In this document: positions 56,604 to 64,000 of the stretch, piece by piece
Numbering within the stretch: position 1 is the stretch's first letter
Layout of the letters: every line of letters begins with the position of its first letter
Origin: an uncultured delta proteobacterium
GTDB lineage: Bacteria > Desulfobacterota > Binatia > Binatales > Binataceae
Length of the DNA stretch: 64,000 bases
Reading direction: 5' to 3'
Assembly: GCA_963794325.1 (NCBI GenBank)
Contig: CAWCDG010000004.1
Span: 1,906,636 to 1,970,635 of the forward strand
Notes under the pieces: model-generated
Told to the model about the DNA's origin: nothing
The model's input: only the letters and a program-made list of their open reading frames with translations
The model's database searches: none
Made by a program: the position numbers and the translations under genes

Positions 56604-58229
56604 ATGCGATCGGAGGTTGACGCGCTTAGCGCGCGGCAGGCCGAGACGATCAGCGAGCACGCGAAAGAAATCTCGAAGCACTTCGGCATCTACAAACAGC
56701 GCGAGCGCAACGAGAGCGGCAAGAAAGACGGCGATTTCATTTTCATGGTGCGGGTCAAGATTCCCGCCGGAGCGCTCACGCCGGCGCAATGGCTGGCGCT
56801 CGATGCGGCCGCGGACGACTACGCCGACGGCAGCATCAGACTTACCTCGCGCCAAGGCATTCAATTTCACTACGTGCGCGGGCACAATCTGAGTCCGCTG
56901 ATTCGCCACATCAACCGGAGCATCAGCGACGACGGCTACCAGCTGACGACGCTCGGCGCGTGCGGCGACCTGAATCGCAATACCGTCGCAAGTCCGATCG
57001 ACGATCTCGACGCCGAGCTGCCGCTCGACTCTCACGAATTGGCGCATGCGGTGGCGCGCGAGATGGCGCCGCGGTCGTCGGCCTACTACCAGGTGTTTCT
57101 TGCCGACCAGAATGGGCAACAGGTCGCGCCGCTGAACTCGGAGGAGCCGATCTACGGCGAACAATATCTGCCGCGGAAGTTCAAAGTCGGCTTTGCGCAT
57201 CCGCATGACAATAGCGTCGATCTGCTGACGCAGGATGTCGGCTTCCTCCCGCGCGTCAGCGGCGGAAAGGTCATCGGCTACGATCTCTACAGCGGCGGCG
57301 GAATGGGCGCGACGCACAACCAGCCCGCGACGATGCCCCTGCTTGCGCTCTACCTCGGCGTCGTTCAGCGCGATCAGGTGGTGGATACGGTGCGGGCGAT
57401 TGCGACCATTCAGCGCGAGCATGGCGAGCGCCGGAACCGGCGCGCCGCTCGATGGAAATACACGATTCGCCGTCTCGGCGTCGATGCGGTCAAGCAGACG
57501 CTGCGCGGCCGCTTCGGAATCGCTCTCGAAGATGCCGAGCCGGCTCCGCTGCCGCCGGTGCAGGATCATTTGGGATGGCATCGGCAATCCGGCGGCGGCG
57601 ATTTTCTTTACGTCGGAATCCTGATTCCCAGCGGGCGAGTCCGCGACACCGCGACGATCAAATATCGGAGTGCAATTCGGCGTATCGTCGCCGAGGTCGA
57701 GGGAATGGGCGTGCGCATCACGCCCAATCAGCATCTCATACTGTCAAACGTTCCAGCCGCGCGGCGAGAATGGATCGGGCGGACGCTCGCCGATCATCGC
57801 GTGCCTTTCGACGGCCAGGTTCCAGCGATCCAGCGGCTCGCGATGGCGTGTCCGGCCAAGCCGACTTGCGGCCTCGCGATGACGCATGCGGAGCGCGCGC
57901 TGCCGCGTTATCTCGCGGAACTCGAGCGCGAGGGGCTCGGCGAGGTTGACGTTATGATCCGGATGGCCGGATGCCCCAACAGTTGCTCGCGTCCGCCGAC
58001 CGCGGAGATTGGAATAATCGGCTACGGCAAGAACGACTACGTCCTGATGGTCGGTGGAGCGCGCGACGGCAGCCGCCTCGCGAGGGTGCTCTATCCGCGG
58101 CTAAGCGAGCACGAATTGATCGACGCGGTGAAGCATTTGGTGCGAGCAATCCGTGATCGCAATCCGCGTCACTTGTCCGCGGGCGACTATCTGGCTCAGA
58201 CGCCAGACGTGGAGCTCAAGGCGTCCTGA
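56604..58229 (+). CDS. assimilatory sulfite/nitrite reductase hemoprotein (siroheme-[4Fe-4S], CysI/Sir family)
   Basis: 541 aa. ..FMVRVKIPAGALTPAQWLALD..IRLTSRQGIQFH..TLGACGDLNRN.., with the second-half Cys cluster ..ACPAKPTCGLA..GCPNSCSRP.. Confidence 0.8.
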   Translation: MRSEVDALSARQAETISEHAKEISKHFGIYKQRERNESGKKDGDFIFMVRVKIPAGALTPAQWLALDAAADDYADGSIRLTSRQGIQFHYVRGHNLSPLIRHINRSISDDGYQLTTLGACGDLNRNTVASPIDDLDAELPLDSHELAHAVAREMAPRSSAYYQVFLADQNGQQVAPLNSEEPIYGEQYLPRKFKVGFAHPHDNSVDLLTQDVGFLPRVSGGKVIGYDLYSGGGMGATHNQPATMPLLALYLGVVQRDQVVDTVRAIATIQREHGERRNRRAARWKYTIRRLGVDAVKQTLRGRFGIALEDAEPAPLPPVQDHLGWHRQSGGGDFLYVGILIPSGRVRDTATIKYRSAIRRIVAEVEGMGVRITPNQHLILSNVPAARREWIGRTLADHRVPFDGQVPAIQRLAMACPAKPTCGLAMTHAERALPRYLAELEREGLGEVDVMIRMAGCPNSCSRPPTAEIGIIGYGKNDYVLMVGGARDGSRLARVLYPRLSEHELIDAVKHLVRAIRDRNPRHLSAGDYLAQTPDVELKAS

Positions 58230-58312
58230 CAATGTTCGTGCCGCCGCGCGACGTAACCAGCCACACGAATGGGTCCCCAGTTGCATCAAGGCTGTAGTGA
58301 TGGTGCTGACAG

Positions 58313-59092
58313 CTACGAAAGATCTACTGGCAACTCGAGATAGTTTTTGAAGATGAAGTCGCGATGTTCGATCAAGATCGGACGTGTTGCGGCTACTATT
58401 GCTGGATCGGTGCTCGTGAACATCTCGCGAATCATCGGGAGCATTGGGCATAGCTCGGGAGCTAGAGGTTTCATCGCATTCGAAAACGCGGCCCAGTACA
58501 CGTCCATCGCCGAGAGCGAGTCGCCGATGAAGAAGCGGCTGCCGCGCGACTTCTGCTCCTGGAGCCGATCTGCGAGCGCGGTGATGCCTGATGCCACTCG
58601 CTCGGTCGCCCGCTGGCCGATCTCAGGGGTGTAGCCGTATTTCTTCCCCAGGTATGCAGAGACGCCGGCCGGGTCGCCGCCCGGTTTCGTGATTTGCTCA
58701 TGCACTCCGCGCAGCCGCTCGGTCCATCCGATACCGTTCTCGCCGCATAGCTCGTTGCAGTAGCCGAACATCAGGATTCGGTCGTCGAGGCGCTCGGGAA
58801 TCAGGCGCGGCGTCGGCGCCAGGCGCTCGGCCAGATTGAGCTGATCGATCCAGGTGGTGCAAGGCCGCTCGTCGTTCCACGCCATGATTGGAAAACTGTC
58901 CTGCGCGGTCCATTCCTGCAGCGTCGTGGTCGGCGATCCGAACATGTGGCCGACGCGCGCGTGCGGAAGCTGCTTGATGTAGAGGATGCCCTTGAGCGCC
59001 TCGCCCCACGGGCTAGGAACCATCGCGAGCGTGACGATGCGAAGTCCGCTGGCACGTCGCGCCTGTTCGATGTCGATTCTTTCTGGCTTCAT
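58313..59092 (-). CDS. hypothetical GST-fold-like protein
   Basis: 259 aa from ATG 59092 (MKPERIDIEQARRASGLRIV..). The overall layout loosely resembles GST-like proteins, but the family is uncertain. Confidence 0.5.
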   Translation of the reverse strand: MKPERIDIEQARRASGLRIVTLAMVPSPWGEALKGILYIKQLPHARVGHMFGSPTTTLQEWTAQDSFPIMAWNDERPCTTWIDQLNLAERLAPTPRLIPERLDDRILMFGYCNELCGENGIGWTERLRGVHEQITKPGGDPAGVSAYLGKKYGYTPEIGQRATERVASGITALADRLQEQKSRGSRFFIGDSLSAMDVYWAAFSNAMKPLAPELCPMLPMIREMFTSTDPAIVAATRPILIEHRDFIFKNYLELPVDLS

Positions 59093-59113
59093 TGGGTGCG
59101 ACCTTCTGTGACC

Positions 59114-59143
59114 TTGTTCCCATTCTGGGAACGGTGCTATAAT
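59114..59143 (+). promoter_or_regulatory. sigma-70-type promoter of higBA with embedded palindromic operator
   Basis: TTGTTC (59114-19), 18-nt spacer, extended -10 TGcTATAAT (59135-43). A perfect palindrome GTTCCCA-TTC-TGGGAAC (59116-59132) lies between them. The higB GTG is at 59152, so the mRNA would be nearly leaderless. Confidence 0.55.
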
Positions 59144-59151
59144 CTCTTGCA

Positions 59152-59475
59152 GTGCGAGTAATAGCACGACGAACTCTGCTACGGTTCGCGGAGTCGCTCA
59201 AGGGGCAGCAAGGTGAAAGGGCGGTGAAGACGGCACTTGATGCGTGGTTTCGCGAAGTGCACCTTGCCGAGTTGCGGAGCCCAGCAGACGTGAAGCGAGA
59301 GTTCCGCGCGGCTAGCATCGTCGGTAACAATCGCGTGGTTTTCAATATCAAGGGGAACGATTACAGACTCGTTACCGGGATCAACTATCATCGTCAGATC
59401 GTCTTCATCAAATGGATCGGGACGCATCGCGACTACGATAAAATCGACGTAAGGACTGTTAGCTATGGAGATTAA
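59152..59475 (+). CDS. higB: type II toxin HigB (mRNA interferase, HigB_toxin family)
   Basis: 107 aa. ..NNRVVFNIKGNDYRLVTGINYHRQIVFIKWIGTHRDYDKIDV.. is characteristic. Confidence 0.85.
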   Translation: MRVIARRTLLRFAESLKGQQGERAVKTALDAWFREVHLAELRSPADVKREFRAASIVGNNRVVFNIKGNDYRLVTGINYHRQIVFIKWIGTHRDYDKIDVRTVSYGD

Positions 59476-59848
59476 GCCGATACGTACCGAGCGTGACTAC
59501 GAGCGGGCGCTGCGGGAGGTCGAGCGTCTGATGGACGCGAAGCCAGGAACTGCAGAAGACGACCGGCTGGACGTGCTCGCGACGCTGGTCGATGCCTATG
59601 AGAGTAAGCACTTCCCAATCGATCCACCCGACCCAATTGAGGCGATTCGGTTCCGGCTTGAGCAACAAGGACTCGACACGAGCGCGTTGGTCGGAGTGAT
59701 CGGCGGCCGCAGCCGAGTGTACGAAGTGATGAAGGGCAAGCGAGCGCTCTCGCTCGCGATGATCCGTCGGTTGCATGAGCGCTTTGGGATTCCCGCCGAA
59801 GTGTTGATTCGCCCGGTCCGTGCCAAGCGTCGCCGACGCGCGGCGTAA
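59465..59848 (+). CDS. higA: antitoxin HigA (HTH, XRE-like)
   Basis: 127 aa. MEIKPIRTERDYERALREVERLMDAKPGT..LDVLATLVDAYE..IGGRSRVYEVMKGKRALSLAMIRRLHERFGIPAEVL. 11-nt overlap with higB. Confidence 0.85.
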   Translation: MEIKPIRTERDYERALREVERLMDAKPGTAEDDRLDVLATLVDAYESKHFPIDPPDPIEAIRFRLEQQGLDTSALVGVIGGRSRVYEVMKGKRALSLAMIRRLHERFGIPAEVLIRPVRAKRRRRAA

Positions 59849-59853
59849 CGATT

Positions 59854-61170
59854 CTAGGTGCCGGATTCCCAGCTGGCCAGGTATTTGCGCTGTTCGGCGG
59901 TTAGCGTGTCGATTTTGATGCTCATTGCCGCGAGCTTTACGGCGGCGATTTCTTGTTCGATCTCTAGCGGCACTTCGTGGACTTTCACTGTCATCTGAGT
60001 GCTCTTTGCAGCCCACTCTGAGGCCATCGCTTGAGTGGCGAAGCTCATGTCCATCACTTGCGCGGGGTGGCCTTCGGCGCAGGCGAGATTGACCAGGCGG
60101 CCTTCGCCGAGGAGGTATACGATGCGGCCGCTGGATAGGTGGTAGGCGTCGATGTTGCGGGTTACGTCGCGATCGACTTTCTTGGCGGCGTCGTTCAGGT
60201 AGGCGACGTCGATCTCGATATCAAAGTGGCCCGAGTTGCTCAGGAACGCGCCGTCTTTCATCTGGGTGAAGTGCGCGGAGGTCAGGACGTGCTTGTCACC
60301 GGTCGCGGTGATGAAGATATCGCCGACCTTCGCCGCGTCGATCATTTTCATCACGCGGAAACCGTCCATCGCGGCTTCCAGCGCGCGAATCGGATCGACT
60401 TCAGTCACGACTACGTCGGCGCCAAGGCCGCGCGCGCGTGACGCGATGCCGCGGCCGCAGTAGCCGTAGCCGGCGACGACCACGACCGAGCCCGCTATTA
60501 GAACGCCGGTCGCGCGGATGATGCCGTCGAGGGTGGACTGTCCCGTTCCATAACGATTGTCGAACAGATGCTTGGTCTGCGCGTCGTTGACGGCGACGAC
60601 TGGAATTTTGAGGGCGCCATCTTTGGCCATCGCGCGGAGACGAATTACGCCGGTGGTGGTTTCCTCCATGCTCGCCTTCACGTCGTCGGCCTGGTTGGCG
60701 AACTCGGTGTGCAGGAGCGAGACGAGGTCGGCGCCGTCGTCCATCGTGATCGTCGGACGGCGTTCGAGCACGGCGCGCAGATGGCTGTAGTAGGTGTCGC
60801 GATCCTCGCCGTGGATGGCGAAGGTCGGGATGCCGTACTGATCGACCAGCGCGGCCGCGACGTCGTCCTGGGTCGAGAGCGGATTCGACGCGCATGCGAT
60901 CACTTCAGCGCCGCCCGCCTTCAGAGTGCGGAGCAGGTTGGCGGTCTCGCAGGTGATATGCAGGCACGCGCCCATCCGCTGGCCCTTGAGCGGCTGCTCC
61001 CTGGTGAACCGCTCGCGTAGGCGGCGCAGCACGGGCATCTGCTTGTCGGCCCATTCGATTCGCTTGCGGCCGGCCTCGGCGAGTCCGAGGTCATGGACGT
61101 CGAAGTCGCGGCCGTTGCCGTTGGTGCGGGATTTAGTGACTGCTTTGAGCTTTCGTGCGGACGTGGCCAT
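59854..61170 (-). CDS. ahcY: adenosylhomocysteinase
   Basis: 438 aa. ..[47 protein letters not shown].. Confidence 0.95.
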   Translation of the reverse strand: MATSARKLKAVTKSRTNGNGRDFDVHDLGLAEAGRKRIEWADKQMPVLRRLRERFTREQPLKGQRMGACLHITCETANLLRTLKAGGAEVIACASNPLSTQDDVAAALVDQYGIPTFAIHGEDRDTYYSHLRAVLERRPTITMDDGADLVSLLHTEFANQADDVKASMEETTTGVIRLRAMAKDGALKIPVVAVNDAQTKHLFDNRYGTGQSTLDGIIRATGVLIAGSVVVVAGYGYCGRGIASRARGLGADVVVTEVDPIRALEAAMDGFRVMKMIDAAKVGDIFITATGDKHVLTSAHFTQMKDGAFLSNSGHFDIEIDVAYLNDAAKKVDRDVTRNIDAYHLSSGRIVYLLGEGRLVNLACAEGHPAQVMDMSFATQAMASEWAAKSTQMTVKVHEVPLEIEQEIAAVKLAAMSIKIDTLTAEQRKYLASWESGT

Positions 61171-61219
61171 CGTATTTACAAACTCCGTGTTTTTAGAATT
61201 AAGAGGGTTGCGGTTACGA

Positions 61220-62407
61220 CTAGCCGCGGCCGTTGAGGCCGAAGGCGTTGCGCAGAGTCTCAGCCATATCGACGCGCTCCCACGGGAACAGTCCGTCGTG
61301 AGGGTCGCGGCCGAAGTGTCCGTAGGCGGCGGTCGGCTGATAAATCGGGCGCTTCAAGTTCAGCGTCTTGATGATGCCGGCGGGGCGGAAATCGAACAGC
61401 TCGCGCAGGGTTGCGGAGAGTTTGTTCTCGGGCACGATGCCGGTGTCGAAAGTATCGACGAGCAGCGAGACCGGCTCGGCGACGCCGATCGCGTAGGCGA
61501 CCTGGATTTCGCATTTGGTGGCGAGTCCGGCTGCGACGACGTTTTTCGCGACGTGTCGCGCCATGTAGCAGGCCGAGCGATCGACCTTGCTCGGATCCTT
61601 GCCGGAGAACGCGCCGCCGCCGTGACGGCCGTAGCCGCCGTACGTATCGACGATTATTTTGCGGCCGGTGAGTCCGCAATCGCCATGCGGTCCGCCGATG
61701 ATGAAGCTGCCGGTTGGATTGACGTGATAGATCGTCGAGCGCGTGAGGTACTGCGCGGGGATGGTCTTCTTGATCAGTTCCTCGATGATCGACTCGCGGA
61801 TGGTTTCGTATTTGACGTTGGGTGAATGCTGGGTCGAGACGACGACCGCGGTCACTTCGACGGGGCGGTTATCGACGTAGCGCACGGTGACCTGGCTCTT
61901 GGCGTCGGGGCGGAGAAAATCGAGCTGCTTGCTCTTGCGGAGCTTGGTGAGATTTTCCATCAGCCGATGCGCCATCGCGATCGGCAGCGGCATCACTTCG
62001 GGGGTTTCGTCGCAGGCGAATCCGAACATCAGGCCCTGGTCGCCGGCGCCTTGTTCCTTGTGGAGGCCTTCGCCTTCGGTGACGCCTTGCGAGATATCGG
62101 CCGACTGCGGCTCGATTGCGGTCAGCACGGCGCACATATTGCCGTCGAAGCCGACTTCGGTGCTGTTGTAGCCAATGTCGAGTGCGGTCTGCCGAGCGAT
62201 TTTCACGTAGTCGGGTTTGGCGCGGCTAGTGATTTCACCGGCGAGCACGATGAGGCCGGTCTTGGCGAGGGTCTCGAGGGCGACGCGCGAGTTGGGGTCT
62301 TCTTTGAGGAGCGCGTCGAGGACGGCGTCCGAAATCTGGTCGCACATTTTGTCCGGATGGCCTTCGGAGACCGATTCGGAGGTGAACAGGAAATCCTTAA
62401 GCGGCAT
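61220..62407 (-). CDS. metK: S-adenosylmethionine synthase
   Basis: 395 aa. ..[49 protein letters not shown].. Confidence 0.95.
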   Translation of the reverse strand: MPLKDFLFTSESVSEGHPDKMCDQISDAVLDALLKEDPNSRVALETLAKTGLIVLAGEITSRAKPDYVKIARQTALDIGYNSTEVGFDGNMCAVLTAIEPQSADISQGVTEGEGLHKEQGAGDQGLMFGFACDETPEVMPLPIAMAHRLMENLTKLRKSKQLDFLRPDAKSQVTVRYVDNRPVEVTAVVVSTQHSPNVKYETIRESIIEELIKKTIPAQYLTRSTIYHVNPTGSFIIGGPHGDCGLTGRKIIVDTYGGYGRHGGGAFSGKDPSKVDRSACYMARHVAKNVVAAGLATKCEIQVAYAIGVAEPVSLLVDTFDTGIVPENKLSATLRELFDFRPAGIIKTLNLKRPIYQPTAAYGHFGRDPHDGLFPWERVDMAETLRNAFGLNGRG

Positions 62408-62715
62408 TATTCGCGATTGCTCCTTGGAGGCGCGTTTTCGGTTTTTCGGGTGCCCGACGCAGACCTGAATTCAACTGAAGCGAGCGGCGCGCGGGACTGA
62501 GAGATTCAATTTTGTTTCGTTCCAGAGGGTCAGCATAGCGCCTGCCAGAGAGCTAAAAACGGCAGTGCGCCGTAAGATTTTCAGGTAGTGAAGGTATAAC
62601 TGACCAATCGGACAGAATCAAGATGATGGGCGCGACGGATGGGAATCTCGCATTGCTTGCGCAGACGGGGCGGTTGTATCATTTTGTTGGCCGGATCGCA
62701 GCAAATCGGCAGATT

Positions 62716-62907
62716 ATGACAACAGATCGAATCGAAATTGATCCCAACGTGATGATGGGCAAGCCCGTCATCAAGGGCACGCGGATCAAAGTAGAACTGG
62801 TTCTTCGGAAGCTCGCGGATGGGGCTACCGAGGATGATTTGCTTGACGCGTATCCGCGACTCACACGCGAAGACATCGTCTCTCTGTTAAAAAATACGCA
62901 GCTATGA
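62716..62907 (+). CDS. DUF433 domain protein (antitoxin-like)
   Basis: MTTDRIEIDPNVMMGKPVIKGTRIKVELVLRKLADGATEDDLLDAYPRLTREDIVSLL. Start at ATG 62716 inside the track ORF 62623..62907. Confidence 0.75.
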   Translation: MTTDRIEIDPNVMMGKPVIKGTRIKVELVLRKLADGATEDDLLDAYPRLTREDIVSLLKNTQL

Positions 62908-63278
62908 AGCTCCGCTTATTGCACTTGCGCCGACCGGCAGGAAGCCTCATTGCAAGCGGCGTTGCGGCAGAGCGGTCGAGGCAGGGTAGGGCCGTTCGGT
63001 TATATCACGCTGCTATGCTTGTGCTTGTGGGCTGGTATCTGATCGTGCCGCCCTATTCGAAAGAGCTGAAAGCGCCAGACACGAAGAAGTCTTTTTTCGA
63101 ATGGGCGTATGTCGGGAAATTCGACTCAGCCGAGCAATGCGAATCAGCTAGGCAATACGCTAACGGGCCAGATGTTCAAAAGCTGGTAATTCAAAGACTG
63201 AAGCGCAGTGAAATGCCTGCTGCTGCGCAACGCCTCGCTGCATCGAAATGCGTTGAACAAGAAGAGTTTGCGTTTTAG
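62904..63278 (+). CDS. hypothetical protein, start overlaps the DUF433 stop (ATGA); alternative start 63015
   Basis: 124 aa. The C-terminal 87 aa (MLVLVGWYLIVPPYSKELKAPDTKKSFFEWAYVGKFDSAEQCESA..) resemble a small membrane-anchored/secreted protein type. The segment is AT-richer. Family unknown. Confidence 0.4.
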   Translation: MKLRLLHLRRPAGSLIASGVAAERSRQGRAVRLYHAAMLVLVGWYLIVPPYSKELKAPDTKKSFFEWAYVGKFDSAEQCESARQYANGPDVQKLVIQRLKRSEMPAAAQRLAASKCVEQEEFAF

Positions 63279-63390
63279 GGCTCGCGCCCGAACTATTTCA
63301 CTTCTCAAAAGACGCCGCGTACACCACGACACGGGCTGAAATAACGCCAGTATCGGCGCGATTCTGTTAATACCGCCGAAGTCTGCGGGC

Positions 63391-63660
63391 CTATTCTTCG
63401 CCGAAGCGGGCGTTGAAGAGGGTTTGGATGGCTTTCAGGGCTTCCTTCGCGTCGGGGCCTTCGCAGCGGATTTTTAGTTTGGAGCCTTGGGCGGCGCCGA
63501 GCATCATCAGGCTCGTCATGCTCTTGGCGCTTACGAGGTCGTCCTTGCCGGTGCCGATCATTATCTTCGAGGTGAATTGCGCGGCCGTTTGCGCGAGTGC
63601 GGATGCGGCTCGGAGATGAAGTCCGAGCCGGTTTTGAACCTCCACAATCGCCTCCGCCAC
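63391..63660 (-). CDS. ptsH: phosphocarrier protein HPr/NPr
   Basis: 89 aa from GTG 63660. ..AIVEVQNRLGLHLRAASALAQTAAQFTSKI..LVSAKSMTSLMMLGAAQGSKLKIRCEGPDAKEAL.. carries His15-like GLH and Ser46-like AKS. Confidence 0.8.
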   Translation of the reverse strand: MAEAIVEVQNRLGLHLRAASALAQTAAQFTSKIMIGTGKDDLVSAKSMTSLMMLGAAQGSKLKIRCEGPDAKEALKAIQTLFNARFGEE

Positions 63661-63715
63661 GTTCACGAGGACTACGATAAAGGTATCGACGGCTTCGGTA
63701 AACGACTGCGCGCGA

Positions 63716-64000
63716 TTAATCAGCTTCGGTGACAGTCTGCGGCGTGCGCGAAAGCTCGACACCGCGCTGGCGCCCGCTCACTTCGGCGCCCGCGTGATAT
63801 TCGAGTGGGATGAAAAACAGCGACGACAGCAGCGCAAGAACTCCCATCACGATGAACGCCGGCGTGAAATCGTGCGTCGTAAGCTGACCGCCGCCGTGCG
63901 CGCCCAGGCTGATGTGCAGCAGCATCGCGCCGAGCGCGACGCCGAGGCTCAGGAACAGTTGCTGCGCCATGCTCGCCAGCGTGCTCGCGCTGCTCATCGA
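63716..64000 (-). CDS. MFS-type transporter, C-terminal part only (start beyond window)
   Basis: Two C-terminal TM helices (..LFLSLGVALGAMLLHISL.., ..AFIVMGVLALLSSLFFIPL..). The frame is open to the window edge. The family call is tentative. Confidence 0.5.
   Translation of the reverse strand, partial: SMSSASTLASMAQQLFLSLGVALGAMLLHISLGAHGGGQLTTHDFTPAFIVMGVLALLSSLFFIPLEYHAGAEVSGRQRGVELSRTPQTVTEAD

Noticed and set aside
56481-57734. 417-aa minus-strand ORF opposite the sulfite reductase gene. The same applies to 46149..47144 opposite pyrG and 25720..26559 opposite the aminotransferase.
   Set aside because: The same reasoning applies: the opposite strand carries clear family motifs, and these translations are Arg-rich low-information sequence.

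Overview
High-GC chromosomal segment from a diderm (LPS-making) bacterium; I cannot assign the lineage from sequence alone. It is densely coding, with about 60 supportable CDS. I found no rRNA, tRNA or CRISPR array. Content in order: a 5'-truncated LLM oxidoreductase; a decayed GNAT gene; a 1381-aa secreted protein (Ig-like repeats, Kelch blades, Thr-Ala linkers); a frameshifted Fe-ADH-family gene; an IS481-family insertion sequence with 46-bp terminal inverted repeats; a GST; two tandem zinc-ribbon membrane-protein paralogs; an APC permease; a partial complex I cluster nuoE-H-J-K-L-M-N with no nuoF, nuoG or nuoI; rsmD-coaD; a second secreted beta-helix protein with a (Thr-Ala)n linker; aminotransferase, NUDIX and Zn-ADH genes; an orphan groEL; an L,D-transpeptidase; two flavin reductase paralogs; a GT2; a PBP5-type carboxypeptidase; a 4-gene operon combining MlaA-like and MlaC-like proteins with an ABC-2 transporter; an LPS/sigma-54 supercluster kdsB-pyrG-kdsA-(AT-richer insert)-lptC-lptA-rpoN-hpf-ptsN-rapZ (rapZ frameshifted, lptB absent); sulfite/nitrite reductase; higBA; ahcY-metK; a DUF433 gene; ptsH; and a truncated MFS gene. 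The most unusual signal not explained by genes is a pair of inverted ~205-bp multi-hairpin elements (32450-32655 and 33087-33293). Each contains a 22-28 bp perfect hairpin, and the two copies differ by compensatory substitutions. They bracket a serine-hydrolase gene remnant. A second family of short CCTCTCC..GGAGAGG hairpins occurs at four sites, and the IS element lies next to or inside one of them. All calls come from manual reading of the sequence and ORF track. No database search or computation was run, so family names are recognition-based.
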